From Candidatus Woesearchaeota archaeon (GTDB taxonomy: Archaea; Nanobdellota; Nanobdellia; Woesearchaeales; UBA9642): a DNA stretch of 63,118 bases. The position numbers and the translations under genes are program-made. Under the pieces are notes generated by a model that had not been told where the DNA came from, did no database searches, and was given only the letters and a program-made list of their open reading frames with translations. The stretch is taken from contig JAFGLI010000014.1 in the NCBI GenBank assembly GCA_016928115.1, positions 1-63,118 of the forward strand. Direction: 5' to 3'. Shown piece by piece: positions 9,505-18,015 of the stretch (positions are counted from its first letter, which is position 1; each line of letters begins with the position of its first letter).

Positions 9505-10251
9505 ATGGCAAGAACAGAGCAAACTAAAAAGACCGGAAAAAGGAAAAAATGGTACACCATTACAGCCCCGGATATGCTTCATAATAAGGTTCTGGGGGAA
9601 ATTTACCTTAGAGAGCCTTCTGATATGAAAGGAAGAAACATTAAACTAAACCTTTTCAATATAACAGGGGATATAAAAAAGCAGAATGTGAATATAAATT
9701 TCAGGATTAAGGATTATGCTGACGGCAAGGGGATTACTGAATTCATCGGCTATGAGATGAGTTCATCCACGGTAAGAAGATGGGTCAGGCATGATATAAG
9801 CAGGGTTGATGACTCTTTTGTCCTGAAAACAAAGGATGATGTGTTTGTGAGGGTAAAGCCTCTTGTAATTACATTCACCAAGGCACACAAGCCTGTTAAG
9901 ACAAGGATAAGAATGATTTCAAGGTCATTGCTTAAGTCAATTATCAACAAAAACAGCCTGAATGACATCTTCGAGCAGTTGATTTCTTTTAAAATACAGA
10001 AAAACCTGAAATCAAAGGTTGCAACTGTCCATCCTGTAAAAACAGCATTGATAAGGATGTTAGTGGTAACAAATGAAAAAAAAGAGACTCCTATAGAAGA
10101 GATAAAGGAATTCGGTAAGAAAAAAGAAACAAAGGAAAAGAAAACCAGTGATAAAAAAGAGAAAGAAACAAAAGAGGCCGAGGAAGAAAAAGAATTGAAA
10201 AAGGAAAAAGAGACAAAAAAAGAGAAGACAGAGAAAAATAAGAAAGACTAA
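9505..10251 (+). CDS. rps3ae: 30S ribosomal protein S3Ae (eS1) with a K/E-rich C-terminal extension
   Basis: KKKWYTITAP...GRNIKLNLFNITGD N-terminal signature. The last ~60 aa are low-complexity K/E. Confidence 0.9.
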   Translation: MARTEQTKKTGKRKKWYTITAPDMLHNKVLGEIYLREPSDMKGRNIKLNLFNITGDIKKQNVNINFRIKDYADGKGITEFIGYEMSSSTVRRWVRHDISRVDDSFVLKTKDDVFVRVKPLVITFTKAHKPVKTRIRMISRSLLKSIINKNSLNDIFEQLISFKIQKNLKSKVATVHPVKTALIRMLVVTNEKKETPIEEIKEFGKKKETKEKKTSDKKEKETKEAEEEKELKKEKETKKEKTEKNKKD

Positions 10252-10289
10252 TTCTAAAAATTTAAATATGATAAAATTATTCTCTGAAT

Positions 10290-10541
10290 ATGACTTATGA
10301 TTTTGAACTGGAAAAGGCTGTTAAAAAGATAAAGGAATCCAATGCTGAAAAGGTTTTAATACAATTGCCCTCTGGCTTAAAGCCAAAGGCAAAGGAAATT
10401 GCTGATTTTCTGGAATCTGCAACAGAGGCAGATATAATAATATGGGCGGGCTCCTGCTACGGCTCCTGCGACATACCCATAGAAGTAAAATCAATAGGAA
10501 TTGATTTAATAATACATTTCGGGCACAGCGAATGGGAATAA
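10290..10541 (+). CDS. dph2: Dph2 (diphthamide synthesis) N-terminal fragment: truncated, pseudogene or split gene
   Basis: YDFELEKAVKKIKESNAEKVLIQLPSGLK...CYGSCDI...IDLIIHFGHS matches the first ~80 aa of archaeal Dph2 (normally >300 aa). The ORF stops 4 nt before a convergent gene. Confidence 0.6.
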   Translation: MTYDFELEKAVKKIKESNAEKVLIQLPSGLKPKAKEIADFLESATEADIIIWAGSCYGSCDIPIEVKSIGIDLIIHFGHSEWE

Positions 10542-10545
10542 TAGT

Positions 10546-12048
10546 TTAGATTCTTCTTCCATCAGTTGTTGCATTCATCTTTAATTTTCTTAATCCTGAT
10601 TCATCTCCTCCTGAAAACATGTGTGTGGAATGTAATTCACAATCCCTTAATTTTTTAATATTTTCAAAGGCTTTTTTTGTATTTTTGTTCTTATAAGCGC
10701 TTACTGCCAAACATACTAAAGTTTCCTCTACATTCAAAGAAGCCAGTTTGCCTTTTTTCAGAATATTTCTTTTAAGATAGTTTACTTGTTTTATTATCTC
10801 TTCATCTAAAATTTCTTTTTCGTCTGAAATATTTGCCAGTTTTTTAATTGCATTCAGTATTGCACTTGATTCTGAATGTAATAATTCACTATTTTTTCCT
10901 TTAATCATTTCTCCGTTATTTAACATTATAGCAGTTCCGCAGTAAACCATCTTATGTCCTTTATTTTTTTCTTTGCATTCTTCCATAGCTTCTCTTGCCT
11001 TTTCTACAACCTTTCTGTAGTCTTCTGATAAACCAATCTCTTTCATTATTTTTTCAGCCCTTTCGACAACTTTTTTTCTTATCTTACCCCTGAGAAAATT
11101 CTTTTTATAATCAAAATATCTTCTTACTATTTCCTGTTTTGCTGCCTCTCTTACAATTTCATCGTCTGTAATAGCAAAACCAGCCATATTAATTCCCATA
11201 TCTGTAGGTGATTTATAACTTCTGGTGTAATTATCTTCAGAAACCAAATATGAAAACATCTTTTTTATAATTTTAAAAGCTTCAACATCCCTATTATAGT
11301 TTACTGTTTCTTTATTGTACGCTTTTAAATGGAAAGGGTCTATAATATTATAATCCCCCAAATCCGCTGTTGCTGATTCATAAGCAATATTAATCGGGTG
11401 TTTTAATTCAAGGTTCCATATTGGAAATGTCTCTAATTTTGCATACCCTGAATCCATTCCTTTTTTTGAATCCAGATAAATATTCGTAAGGCATGTTGAC
11501 AATTTTCCGCTTCCTGGGCCTGTACCTATAACTACCACTATTTTCTTTTTTGTTTTTATGTGCTCCTGCTTACCATATCCTTCTTCACTTAATATATTAT
11601 TTAAGTCATTTGGATAATTTTGTATAAAATGATGTGTATAAACTTTAAAACCTAGGTTTTCCAGATGTTCTTTGAATAAATTTGCCTGTTTCTGATATTT
11701 GTATTGAGAAATTACTACTTTAGTTATATCTAAACCTTTATTTTTTATATGATTAATTTCTTTAATGGCCTGTTCATTATATGACAATCCGGAATGGCCT
11801 CTTATTTTCTTTTCCTCTAATTGCGGAGCTCCAATACAATAAATTATTTCAATATTGTCTTTTATTTTATTTAATATCTTTATTTTAGCATCAGGATCAA
11901 AACCAGGGAGGACTCTTGCAGCATGATAATCCGCGTAAAGCTTGCCACCGATTTCTAGATAAAGCTTGTTTTTGAAGTGCTTTATTCTATTAAGAATTTC
12001 TTCTGTTTGCTTTTTTAGATATAAATCTGTATCAAACCCCTTTTTCAT
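10546..12048 (-). CDS. UPF0371/DUF1846 family protein
   Basis: The N-terminus FDTDLYLKKQTEEILNRI...ADYHAARVLPGFDPDAK and the ~500 aa length match my recollection of the DUF1846 family. Confidence 0.65.
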   Translation of the reverse strand: MKKGFDTDLYLKKQTEEILNRIKHFKNKLYLEIGGKLYADYHAARVLPGFDPDAKIKILNKIKDNIEIIYCIGAPQLEEKKIRGHSGLSYNEQAIKEINHIKNKGLDITKVVISQYKYQKQANLFKEHLENLGFKVYTHHFIQNYPNDLNNILSEEGYGKQEHIKTKKKIVVVIGTGPGSGKLSTCLTNIYLDSKKGMDSGYAKLETFPIWNLELKHPINIAYESATADLGDYNIIDPFHLKAYNKETVNYNRDVEAFKIIKKMFSYLVSEDNYTRSYKSPTDMGINMAGFAITDDEIVREAAKQEIVRRYFDYKKNFLRGKIRKKVVERAEKIMKEIGLSEDYRKVVEKAREAMEECKEKNKGHKMVYCGTAIMLNNGEMIKGKNSELLHSESSAILNAIKKLANISDEKEILDEEIIKQVNYLKRNILKKGKLASLNVEETLVCLAVSAYKNKNTKKAFENIKKLRDCELHSTHMFSGGDESGLRKLKMNATTDGRRI

Positions 12049-12094
12049 TAAAATCCCACTTTTTTTCGATTATTATTTTTATAAATATTTTGTT

Positions 12095-12688
12095 TTAAAA
12101 TAAAGCCTGAATTAAGCCTTTGAAGACATGAAAACCATCAAATCCTGGAAAACCATCAAATTCTGGTATGGGCAGCATATTGAATATAAATAAAAACATG
12201 TTAATTTTGACTGATAATCCAAGATAGCGGTGGTATTTTCTGGGTATATTTCCATATTTAAGTAATAATAATGATCCCAGCCACAATATTAGATTAACAA
12301 AAGGCCCCATGAATGCTATAAGAGAATAGTTCAGGGGCGCTGTCTCCCCCATAATAGAAACATAAGCAGGGACAAAAAAGATAAAGCCGAAATTCACCAG
12401 TTTAAGCAAAACTCCCAGCCCCAAAAACAAGTATGCGGCATGGAATGTTGCAGTTAATCCAAAAGCCATTGCAGTTAGTTTATGTCCTAATTCATGCAGA
12501 ATTATAGCAGGAGCAACCAGTAATGCAGAAAACCAGAAATCATTCCAGGTTCCGCTTTTTCTTAAACTCATAGAGATTATTCCTTCAGGAGTAAATGAAG
12601 AAGGAGCTCTGAAAAGGTCCTTAAAAATAAATCCAACTACACCCGTCATTATAATTATATCCAGGATTTCCATTAATGAAAACAGCAT
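12095..12688 (-). CDS. M50/site-2-protease-like membrane metalloprotease
   Basis: HELGH zinc motif inside a TM helix plus NMLPIPEFDG (NxxPxxxxDG), in a polytopic protein. Confidence 0.7.
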   Translation of the reverse strand: MLFSLMEILDIIIMTGVVGFIFKDLFRAPSSFTPEGIISMSLRKSGTWNDFWFSALLVAPAIILHELGHKLTAMAFGLTATFHAAYLFLGLGVLLKLVNFGFIFFVPAYVSIMGETAPLNYSLIAFMGPFVNLILWLGSLLLLKYGNIPRKYHRYLGLSVKINMFLFIFNMLPIPEFDGFPGFDGFHVFKGLIQALF

Positions 12689-12787
12689 TTTATTTTACGG
12701 ATAAAAGCAGATATTTAAATGTTTTTGTGTAAATTTTTCAATAAAAAAACAAAAAAGCTTATAAATAAACCCCTTTTCTTTAGAAAA

Positions 12788-13165
12788 ATGACAGATTTAA
12801 TAGCCTGCTTATCAACAGGAAAAGGGACATGGGGTCATGTTTCAAGATTGGTTAATTCAGGAGAGTTCAAGAATATCTATCTTATAACTAATGACTTCGG
12901 AAAAGAGAACTTCAATAATGAAAATGGATGTATTATGGTGGTTGTTGATTCCAAGACCAATTCTATAGAAGAGATGAGCGAGAAAATAAAAGAAGAATTA
13001 AAAGACAAAATCGAGGGCAATCAAGTTGCAGTCAATCTTATTTCAGGAACAGGAAAAGAGCATATGGCCGTTATTTCTGCTGTTTTAAAATTGGGCCTGG
13101 GGATAAGGCAGGTTGTTTATGACTTTGAAAACCAGAAAGTAGATGAATTAAAAGTTACGGATTGA
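12788..13165 (+). CDS. Small Rossmann-like protein (possible minimal CARF-like fold), function unknown
   Basis: CLSTGKGTWG glycine loop and NLISGTGKEHMAVISAVLKLG, which resembles the CARF xxTGGTKxM strand-helix. ATG 12788 lies 21 nt after CTTATAAATA. The longest ORF starts at 12719. Confidence 0.3.
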   Translation: MTDLIACLSTGKGTWGHVSRLVNSGEFKNIYLITNDFGKENFNNENGCIMVVVDSKTNSIEEMSEKIKEELKDKIEGNQVAVNLISGTGKEHMAVISAVLKLGLGIRQVVYDFENQKVDELKVTD

Positions 13166-13757
13166 TTTTTTCTCCACAGTAAATTCTAAAACCAGAGCCT
13201 TTTGCTATTATTTTAGTGTTATCAAAAACCTCATCAATCTTTTTCTTTAATTCTTTGCCGCCTTTATTATGCCTTGCAACCAATTGTAGTAAACTGTTGT
13301 TTTTCAAATGCTTATAAGAATCCTCTATAAGCTTAAAGCACAGTTTTTTCCCTGCTGACTGCGGAGGATTTACAAGAATAGTGTCAAAATCATCATCTTT
13401 TATTTTCTTAAACAAATACGAGTCCCTGGCTTGTATATTTTCAAGATTATGCATCTTTATATTTTCTCTTGCTAATTTTATTGCTCTTTCATTTACGTCT
13501 GTCATTAAAACCTTTGTATCAGGATATAATTTTTTCACAGCAATACCCACTACACCATAGCCGCATCCTAAATCAAGAACTTTCCATTTATTTTTCATTA
13601 TCATTTTATTCAACAATAATTCTGTTCCCTTATCCAAATAACTCTTGGAAAATACGCCTGAAGCTGAGAATAAATCAAATTCTATTTTTTTCAGCCTTAT
13701 CCATATCTTTTTCTTATTGGATTTCGAAGTCTGCCTTTGGTCATAATAATGAGTCAT
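13155..13757 (-). CDS. Class I SAM-dependent methyltransferase (MTS/RsmC-like small domain)
   Basis: LDLGCGYGVVG motif I and VNPPQ (NPPY-like) motif IV. Confidence 0.7.
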   Translation of the reverse strand: MTHYYDQRQTSKSNKKKIWIRLKKIEFDLFSASGVFSKSYLDKGTELLLNKMIMKNKWKVLDLGCGYGVVGIAVKKLYPDTKVLMTDVNERAIKLARENIKMHNLENIQARDSYLFKKIKDDDFDTILVNPPQSAGKKLCFKLIEDSYKHLKNNSLLQLVARHNKGGKELKKKIDEVFDNTKIIAKGSGFRIYCGEKINP

Positions 13758-13809
13758 TTTTCATAATTAAACACTGAATTTATAAAAATATTTTGGATTT
13801 AATGCATTA

Positions 13810-14295
13810 TCACAAAGAATATCCTCCTAGAGAAATAATGTATACTTTATTAGTTCTTTTATGTTCAGGAGGCCAATCCCATTTTAATCTAATTCCTATT
13901 TCTTTCATCAAACCAGTCAAATCCACACCATGGGCTTCAGGAGAGTTAATTATTTTCTCTATTCCGGTTTCTTCCAGTGCCTTATTTTCCTCCATACGAT
14001 GAAATTTTCTTGCTGTGGGCTGCCAGTATCTTGGATTATAATTCTGCCTATCATTCCAATCAGGATGTTTTTTCCCCATTCTTTCAGCAAATTCACCAAC
14101 GCAGAATACTGTATAAATAACGAATATGTCTTTTTTGAAATCGAGAACTTTATTAATTAAAAGCTGCCCGGGAGGGCATCCCTCTTTTTTAGCATAATTA
14201 GGGCATCCTCTGGAATGGCCGTAATAAGGCACTTTACAAAGAGCCTGTATTTTCCTGCGATAAGGAATAATTTCAGGATTTATCTTGATAATCAT
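13810..14295 (-). CDS. Cys-rich hypothetical protein (possible metal binding)
   Basis: CKVPYYGHSRGCPNYAKKEGCPPG cluster. ATG 14295 lies 22 nt after TTTTATAAAT. The longest ORF starts at 14358. Confidence 0.35.
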   Translation of the reverse strand: MIIKINPEIIPYRRKIQALCKVPYYGHSRGCPNYAKKEGCPPGQLLINKVLDFKKDIFVIYTVFCVGEFAERMGKKHPDWNDRQNYNPRYWQPTARKFHRMEENKALEETGIEKIINSPEAHGVDLTGLMKEIGIRLKWDWPPEHKRTNKVYIISLGGYSL

Positions 14296-14416
14296 GATTT
14301 CAGGGAATAAAATCATATTTATAAAACTTTCATTTTTACTATTGTAAATAAATAACACATAAAATCTACAAAAAACAAAATAACTTTAAATATAAAAGGA
14401 TTATAAATAAGATAAC

Positions 14417-14974
14417 ATGACAATTATAGGTTTTTTCCAGAGCTTTTTTGAGGCTATAAACACAATAATAACAAGAATACTGATAGCACTGTTCATAATT
14501 GTATTTGGATTTATCATAAGTAGGATAATAAAAAAACTTCTTGAAAAAATATTCATAACCATTAACCTTGACGTAAACCTGAGAAAAATAACCGGCTCAA
14601 AATATAAAATAAGCAGGATTCTTCCTTATGTGCTGTCTATAATAATCTATGCAGCAACAATAATATTTGCCCTTGTGCAGCTTCAGATAGCATTCAAATA
14701 CTGGTTCTGGGCTTTTATTGGTGTAATAACAATAGTGCTGATAATATTCTTGCTTGAAATTCTGGACTGGATAAAGAACTTTTTTGCAGGCATGTCCTTG
14801 ACTGAAGAATATAATATAAAGAAGGGAGATACGATAAAGATAGAAAATATGGTGGGAAAAATAATATCTCTTGAAAAAGACCACCTGAAGATGGTAATAC
14901 CTTCAAAAGACAGGATTATAGTGCCTTATTCTTTTGTGCTGAGAAACAATGTTGTCCTGGACAGAAAATCCTAA
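14417..14974 (+). CDS. Short MscS-like mechanosensitive channel family protein
   Basis: Three TM helices followed by KKGDTIKIENMVGKIISLEKDHLKMVIP...IVPYSFV, which resembles the MscS beta-domain. Confidence 0.5.
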   Translation: MTIIGFFQSFFEAINTIITRILIALFIIVFGFIISRIIKKLLEKIFITINLDVNLRKITGSKYKISRILPYVLSIIIYAATIIFALVQLQIAFKYWFWAFIGVITIVLIIFLLEILDWIKNFFAGMSLTEEYNIKKGDTIKIENMVGKIISLEKDHLKMVIPSKDRIIVPYSFVLRNNVVLDRKS

Positions 14975-15222
14975 TTCAGAGTCTCAAGAAGCCCGGATAT
15001 GTGGAATATTCTTGTCCTTACGAAAGGAGGCAGGTTTACATCCTCACCTATAGATTCTAATGTAGAAAGGGCTGAGTGTGAAATTAAAGACAAATCCTCT
15101 GCATTTTCAAGAGATTCTTTTATATTATATATCTTTTCTCTTACAGACTTGGGCACGCTCTCATCCCCGAGTATTGAGTCTATTGCCTCAAAAACCTCAT
15201 CCAGTTTTTCATTTTTTTTCAT
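14971..15222 (-). CDS. UPF0147 family protein
   Basis: LGDESVPKSVREKI...DVNLPPFVRTRIFHISGLLE matches the UPF0147 pattern (sVPrNiR...DpNmP.haRT.iW). Confidence 0.65.
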   Translation of the reverse strand: MKKNEKLDEVFEAIDSILGDESVPKSVREKIYNIKESLENAEDLSLISHSALSTLESIGEDVNLPPFVRTRIFHISGLLETLN

Positions 15223-15559
15223 TTTTTATCTTTTTCATTATTTCCTTCTGGATTTTTTCTGCTTTTTTTCTTATTTTCTCCTCTTCTTTTTCTAAGGAAT
15301 TTATTCTTGACTCAAACATATCCTTTTTTTCTTCAAGCTCTTTTTTCAGCTTGTCCTTGTCAGATTCAACCATTATATTTCCTATGATCTTATATGGCTT
15401 TTTTTCTGTCTTGTTTATTTCCTCAAGGGCTGATTCTGTTTCCAATAAAGCTCTCTGGAATTCCTGCTTCTGTAAAGCCATCTGCTGAATTCCCTGCTGC
15501 ATTAATTGCAGCTGCTGTATTTTGTCATTTGACATTTTTTGTTTTTTCATATACATCAA
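15209..15559 (-). CDS. pfdB: Prefoldin beta subunit
   Basis: Two coiled-coil arms flank the central KPYKIIGNIMVE hairpin region. Sits in the conserved position after RpoP/Pcc1. Confidence 0.8.
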   Translation of the reverse strand: MMYMKKQKMSNDKIQQLQLMQQGIQQMALQKQEFQRALLETESALEEINKTEKKPYKIIGNIMVESDKDKLKKELEEKKDMFESRINSLEKEEEKIRKKAEKIQKEIMKKIKNEKK

Positions 15560-15740
15560 GGGTTTTTGTAATGCTGTTCAAAGCAGCCCTTAATGAGCTT
15601 ATGTCTTCTGCCTTTATTTTAAAGATAATATTTTTGTTGTTTTCTTTGATTATATATGATGCTCTTCCCAGATTCTTGTCCTCGGCTTCAAAGATTTTCC
15701 TTACTTTTTTATCCGGGAAAAATATTTCTGCCTTGAACAT
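15525..15740 (-). CDS. pcc1: KEOPS subunit Pcc1-like protein
   Basis: IKAEDISSLRAALNSITKTLDV matches the Pcc1 A.D..ALRAALNS motif. ATG 15740 follows the rpoP stop by 1 nt. The ORF-track start 15752 is a TTG. Confidence 0.65.
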   Translation of the reverse strand: MFKAEIFFPDKKVRKIFEAEDKNLGRASYIIKENNKNIIFKIKAEDISSLRAALNSITKTLDVYEKTKNVK

Positions 15741-15741
15741 T

Positions 15742-15882
15742 TTAACGTGCAATGACTTTTGAGACCCTGTCTCCCTTGGACTTGATTATCATTCTGCTGC
15801 CGCAGTAAGGGCATCTTATCTTTCTGGTTATGTATTTTTCGTCAATATCCTTTCCGCATTCAAGACATTTGTAGTTTGCCAT
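15742..15882 (-). CDS. rpoP: DNA-directed RNA polymerase subunit P (Rpo12)
   Basis: Hand-translated 46-aa ORF missing from the track: MANYKCLECGKDIDEKYITRKIRCPYCGSRMIIKSKGDRVSKVIAR. It has a CxxC...CxxC Zn-ribbon and starts 1 nt after the rpl37ae stop. Confidence 0.8.
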   Translation of the reverse strand: MANYKCLECGKDIDEKYITRKIRCPYCGSRMIIKSKGDRVSKVIAR

Positions 15883-15883
15883 T

Positions 15884-16120
15884 TTATTCTTCAGTTTTTC
15901 TTTCTTTTCCAACAGGAATATAAGCCTTGCCCGTAAATTTGGAATTACATTTCTTGCAGTACCATATGCCCATTGCTATTCTTTTTACGCTTGGATTGTT
16001 GCAGTAAGGGCATTTGTGCTTTTTTCTCTGTTCTTTTTCAATCAGGCCTAATTTTTCACGGTTTCGTCTTCCATACCTGTTTCCGAACCTTTTTGCAGGC
16101 CCTATACCCACTTTTGCCAT
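15884..16120 (-). CDS. rpl37ae: 50S ribosomal protein L37Ae (eL43)
   Basis: RFGNRYGRRNREK...HKCPYC...YCKKCNSKFTG Zn-ribbon signature. Confidence 0.92.
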   Translation of the reverse strand: MAKVGIGPAKRFGNRYGRRNREKLGLIEKEQRKKHKCPYCNNPSVKRIAMGIWYCKKCNSKFTGKAYIPVGKERKTEE

Positions 16121-16167
16121 ATTTTAAGGATTTAATGCCTATTTATAAATGTTTTGTGTATTATAGC

Positions 16168-16950
16168 TTATTTTTTTAAGAATAACTTAGTAAAATTATT
16201 GAAGATAACATCTGCCATTTCTTCTTTTTTTATGTTTTTAATTTCAGACATCTTTTTTAAGGATTGGTTTATGTGTGTGGGGTCGTTTCTTTGTATTCCT
16301 TTTGGGCCCAGAAAAGGGGAATCTGTTTCTGTTAATAATTTGTTTTCTGGACATAGATTTACAATATTCTGGAAATGGTGTAAATAAGTAATATTTACAG
16401 GAATAGAAAAATACCATTTATTGTCTATTATTCTCTTTACCAAATGCTTTCTTCCTGAGAAGCAGTGCATTATTATTTTTTTATAGTTTAGTTTTTCTAA
16501 TATTTCTATTGTTTCAAGTTCTGCTTTTCTTGAATGGATTATTAAAGGAATGTTTAGTTTTTTTCCTAAATTTATTAGTTTTTTAAAGTATTTTATCATG
16601 TTTTCCTTGTCTTTCTCATCTAATTCATGTTCACCATCTGCTTTATCTCCTTTACTGAAATCCAGGCCAATCTCACCTATTGCCACAGGTTTGTTTTCCT
16701 CTATAAACATTAGTTCTTTATTAAATTCTTCTTCAGAACAATTCATAACATATAAAGGATAATATCCCAGAGCAGGAAGTATTATATTATATTTTTTGCT
16801 TAATTCCAAGGTTTTCCTATTGGATTCAGGATTGGTCCCATTATTCACAATATATTTAACATTATTTTTCCTGCATCTTTCTATAACCTCATCCCTGTCC
16901 TTATCATAATCCTCAAATTCCATGTGTGCATGAGCATCTGTTATTTTCAT
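16168..16950 (-). CDS. tatD: TatD-family metal-dependent hydrolase
   Basis: DAHAHMEF N-terminal HxH, IGEIGLD, and HSR and HCFSG motifs. Confidence 0.85.
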   Translation of the reverse strand: MKITDAHAHMEFEDYDKDRDEVIERCRKNNVKYIVNNGTNPESNRKTLELSKKYNIILPALGYYPLYVMNCSEEEFNKELMFIEENKPVAIGEIGLDFSKGDKADGEHELDEKDKENMIKYFKKLINLGKKLNIPLIIHSRKAELETIEILEKLNYKKIIMHCFSGRKHLVKRIIDNKWYFSIPVNITYLHHFQNIVNLCPENKLLTETDSPFLGPKGIQRNDPTHINQSLKKMSEIKNIKKEEMADVIFNNFTKLFLKK

Positions 16951-17047
16951 GGTTGTTTTGTGTTATAGAATGTTTTTAAAGTTTACTGAATAATGAATTG
17001 ATTAAAAGAAATATTTATATATGTCTTACTATTACGAAGTAGACAAA

Positions 17048-17452
17048 ATGTCATTTGCGAAAGAATTTCTGGAAGAATTATTTTTATACATACACACAAA
17101 CAATTTAAGAGAATCTGTCATTGAATATAATAATAAACAAGTTATAGTTGCACAAAAAATAGGTAAAACCAGATTATTTATATCTGAAAAAACAGGTGAA
17201 GAAGTAACTTTTGAACAAACACAATCCGGAAAATATGGAAAAGCATTCAGAGTTGATTACAAAGACAAACCTTTTGTTTTTGTTCCTGGTTATGTGGAAA
17301 AATTAAAATTCAAAGAAAATTTAAATGGACATTTAGTATCTAAAATAAATAAATTAATTGGAGAACCTGAGAAACCCAAACTGGAGAAAAAAATCAGGGA
17401 TCTTGGGTATAAAGGAGATATAGTTTATAGAAATGCAGAAGATTTTATTTGA
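17048..17452 (+). CDS. Hypothetical protein
   Basis: No recognisable motif. TATA-like TTTATATA (17013-17020) abuts the first ATG (17021), so ATG 17048 is the more plausible leaderless start. Confidence 0.4.
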   Translation: MSFAKEFLEELFLYIHTNNLRESVIEYNNKQVIVAQKIGKTRLFISEKTGEEVTFEQTQSGKYGKAFRVDYKDKPFVFVPGYVEKLKFKENLNGHLVSKINKLIGEPEKPKLEKKIRDLGYKGDIVYRNAEDFI

Positions 17453-17477
17453 ACAATATTTTTAAAGGTAAATCAAA

Positions 17478-17954
17478 ATGGGACGTGAATACAGGGGTCC
17501 GGAATTCAGAGACCTGCCGGAAATATTAAGAGGAAGAATTAGAAAATCTGTTCGTGTGGCAGAAGAAACATACACAATGGGGGTTGTTGTTTTGGAAACA
17601 AAAAAACACATAACTGTGATGGATATATTATGGAAACCATTTGGAAACTACAGAGAAGTTTTTGCTTATAGTTATGGAGTTCTTTATGAAGCTTATTTCA
17701 GGATGTTTGAAACAGATTCCAAAATGTTTGATACAGCATATACATTAACTTTTTGTGGATCATATTCACCGGCTGAGATGGAAAAAGTTGAAAAGGCATT
17801 AGAATTAGATGTTATTCAAAGACCCTTAAGGAATCAAGATGAAACTAAAATAAAAATAAGGAATGTTCCATTAGAAAAACTGGTTGATTTTGACTATTCT
17901 ACAAATTCAACTAATTGCAGACTACCTTCAGGCCCGTTTATGGGCAGGAAATAA
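17478..17954 (+). CDS. Hypothetical protein
   Basis: No recognisable motif. AAGGT Shine-Dalgarno-like sequence ~9 nt upstream. Probably co-transcribed with the preceding ORF. Confidence 0.4.
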   Translation: MGREYRGPEFRDLPEILRGRIRKSVRVAEETYTMGVVVLETKKHITVMDILWKPFGNYREVFAYSYGVLYEAYFRMFETDSKMFDTAYTLTFCGSYSPAEMEKVEKALELDVIQRPLRNQDETKIKIRNVPLEKLVDFDYSTNSTNCRLPSGPFMGRK

Positions 17955-18015
17955 GATAAATTTAAATAATATAAATGTTCTAACTGAGTATCGTTAATTC
18001 TGAATAAAAACAAAA

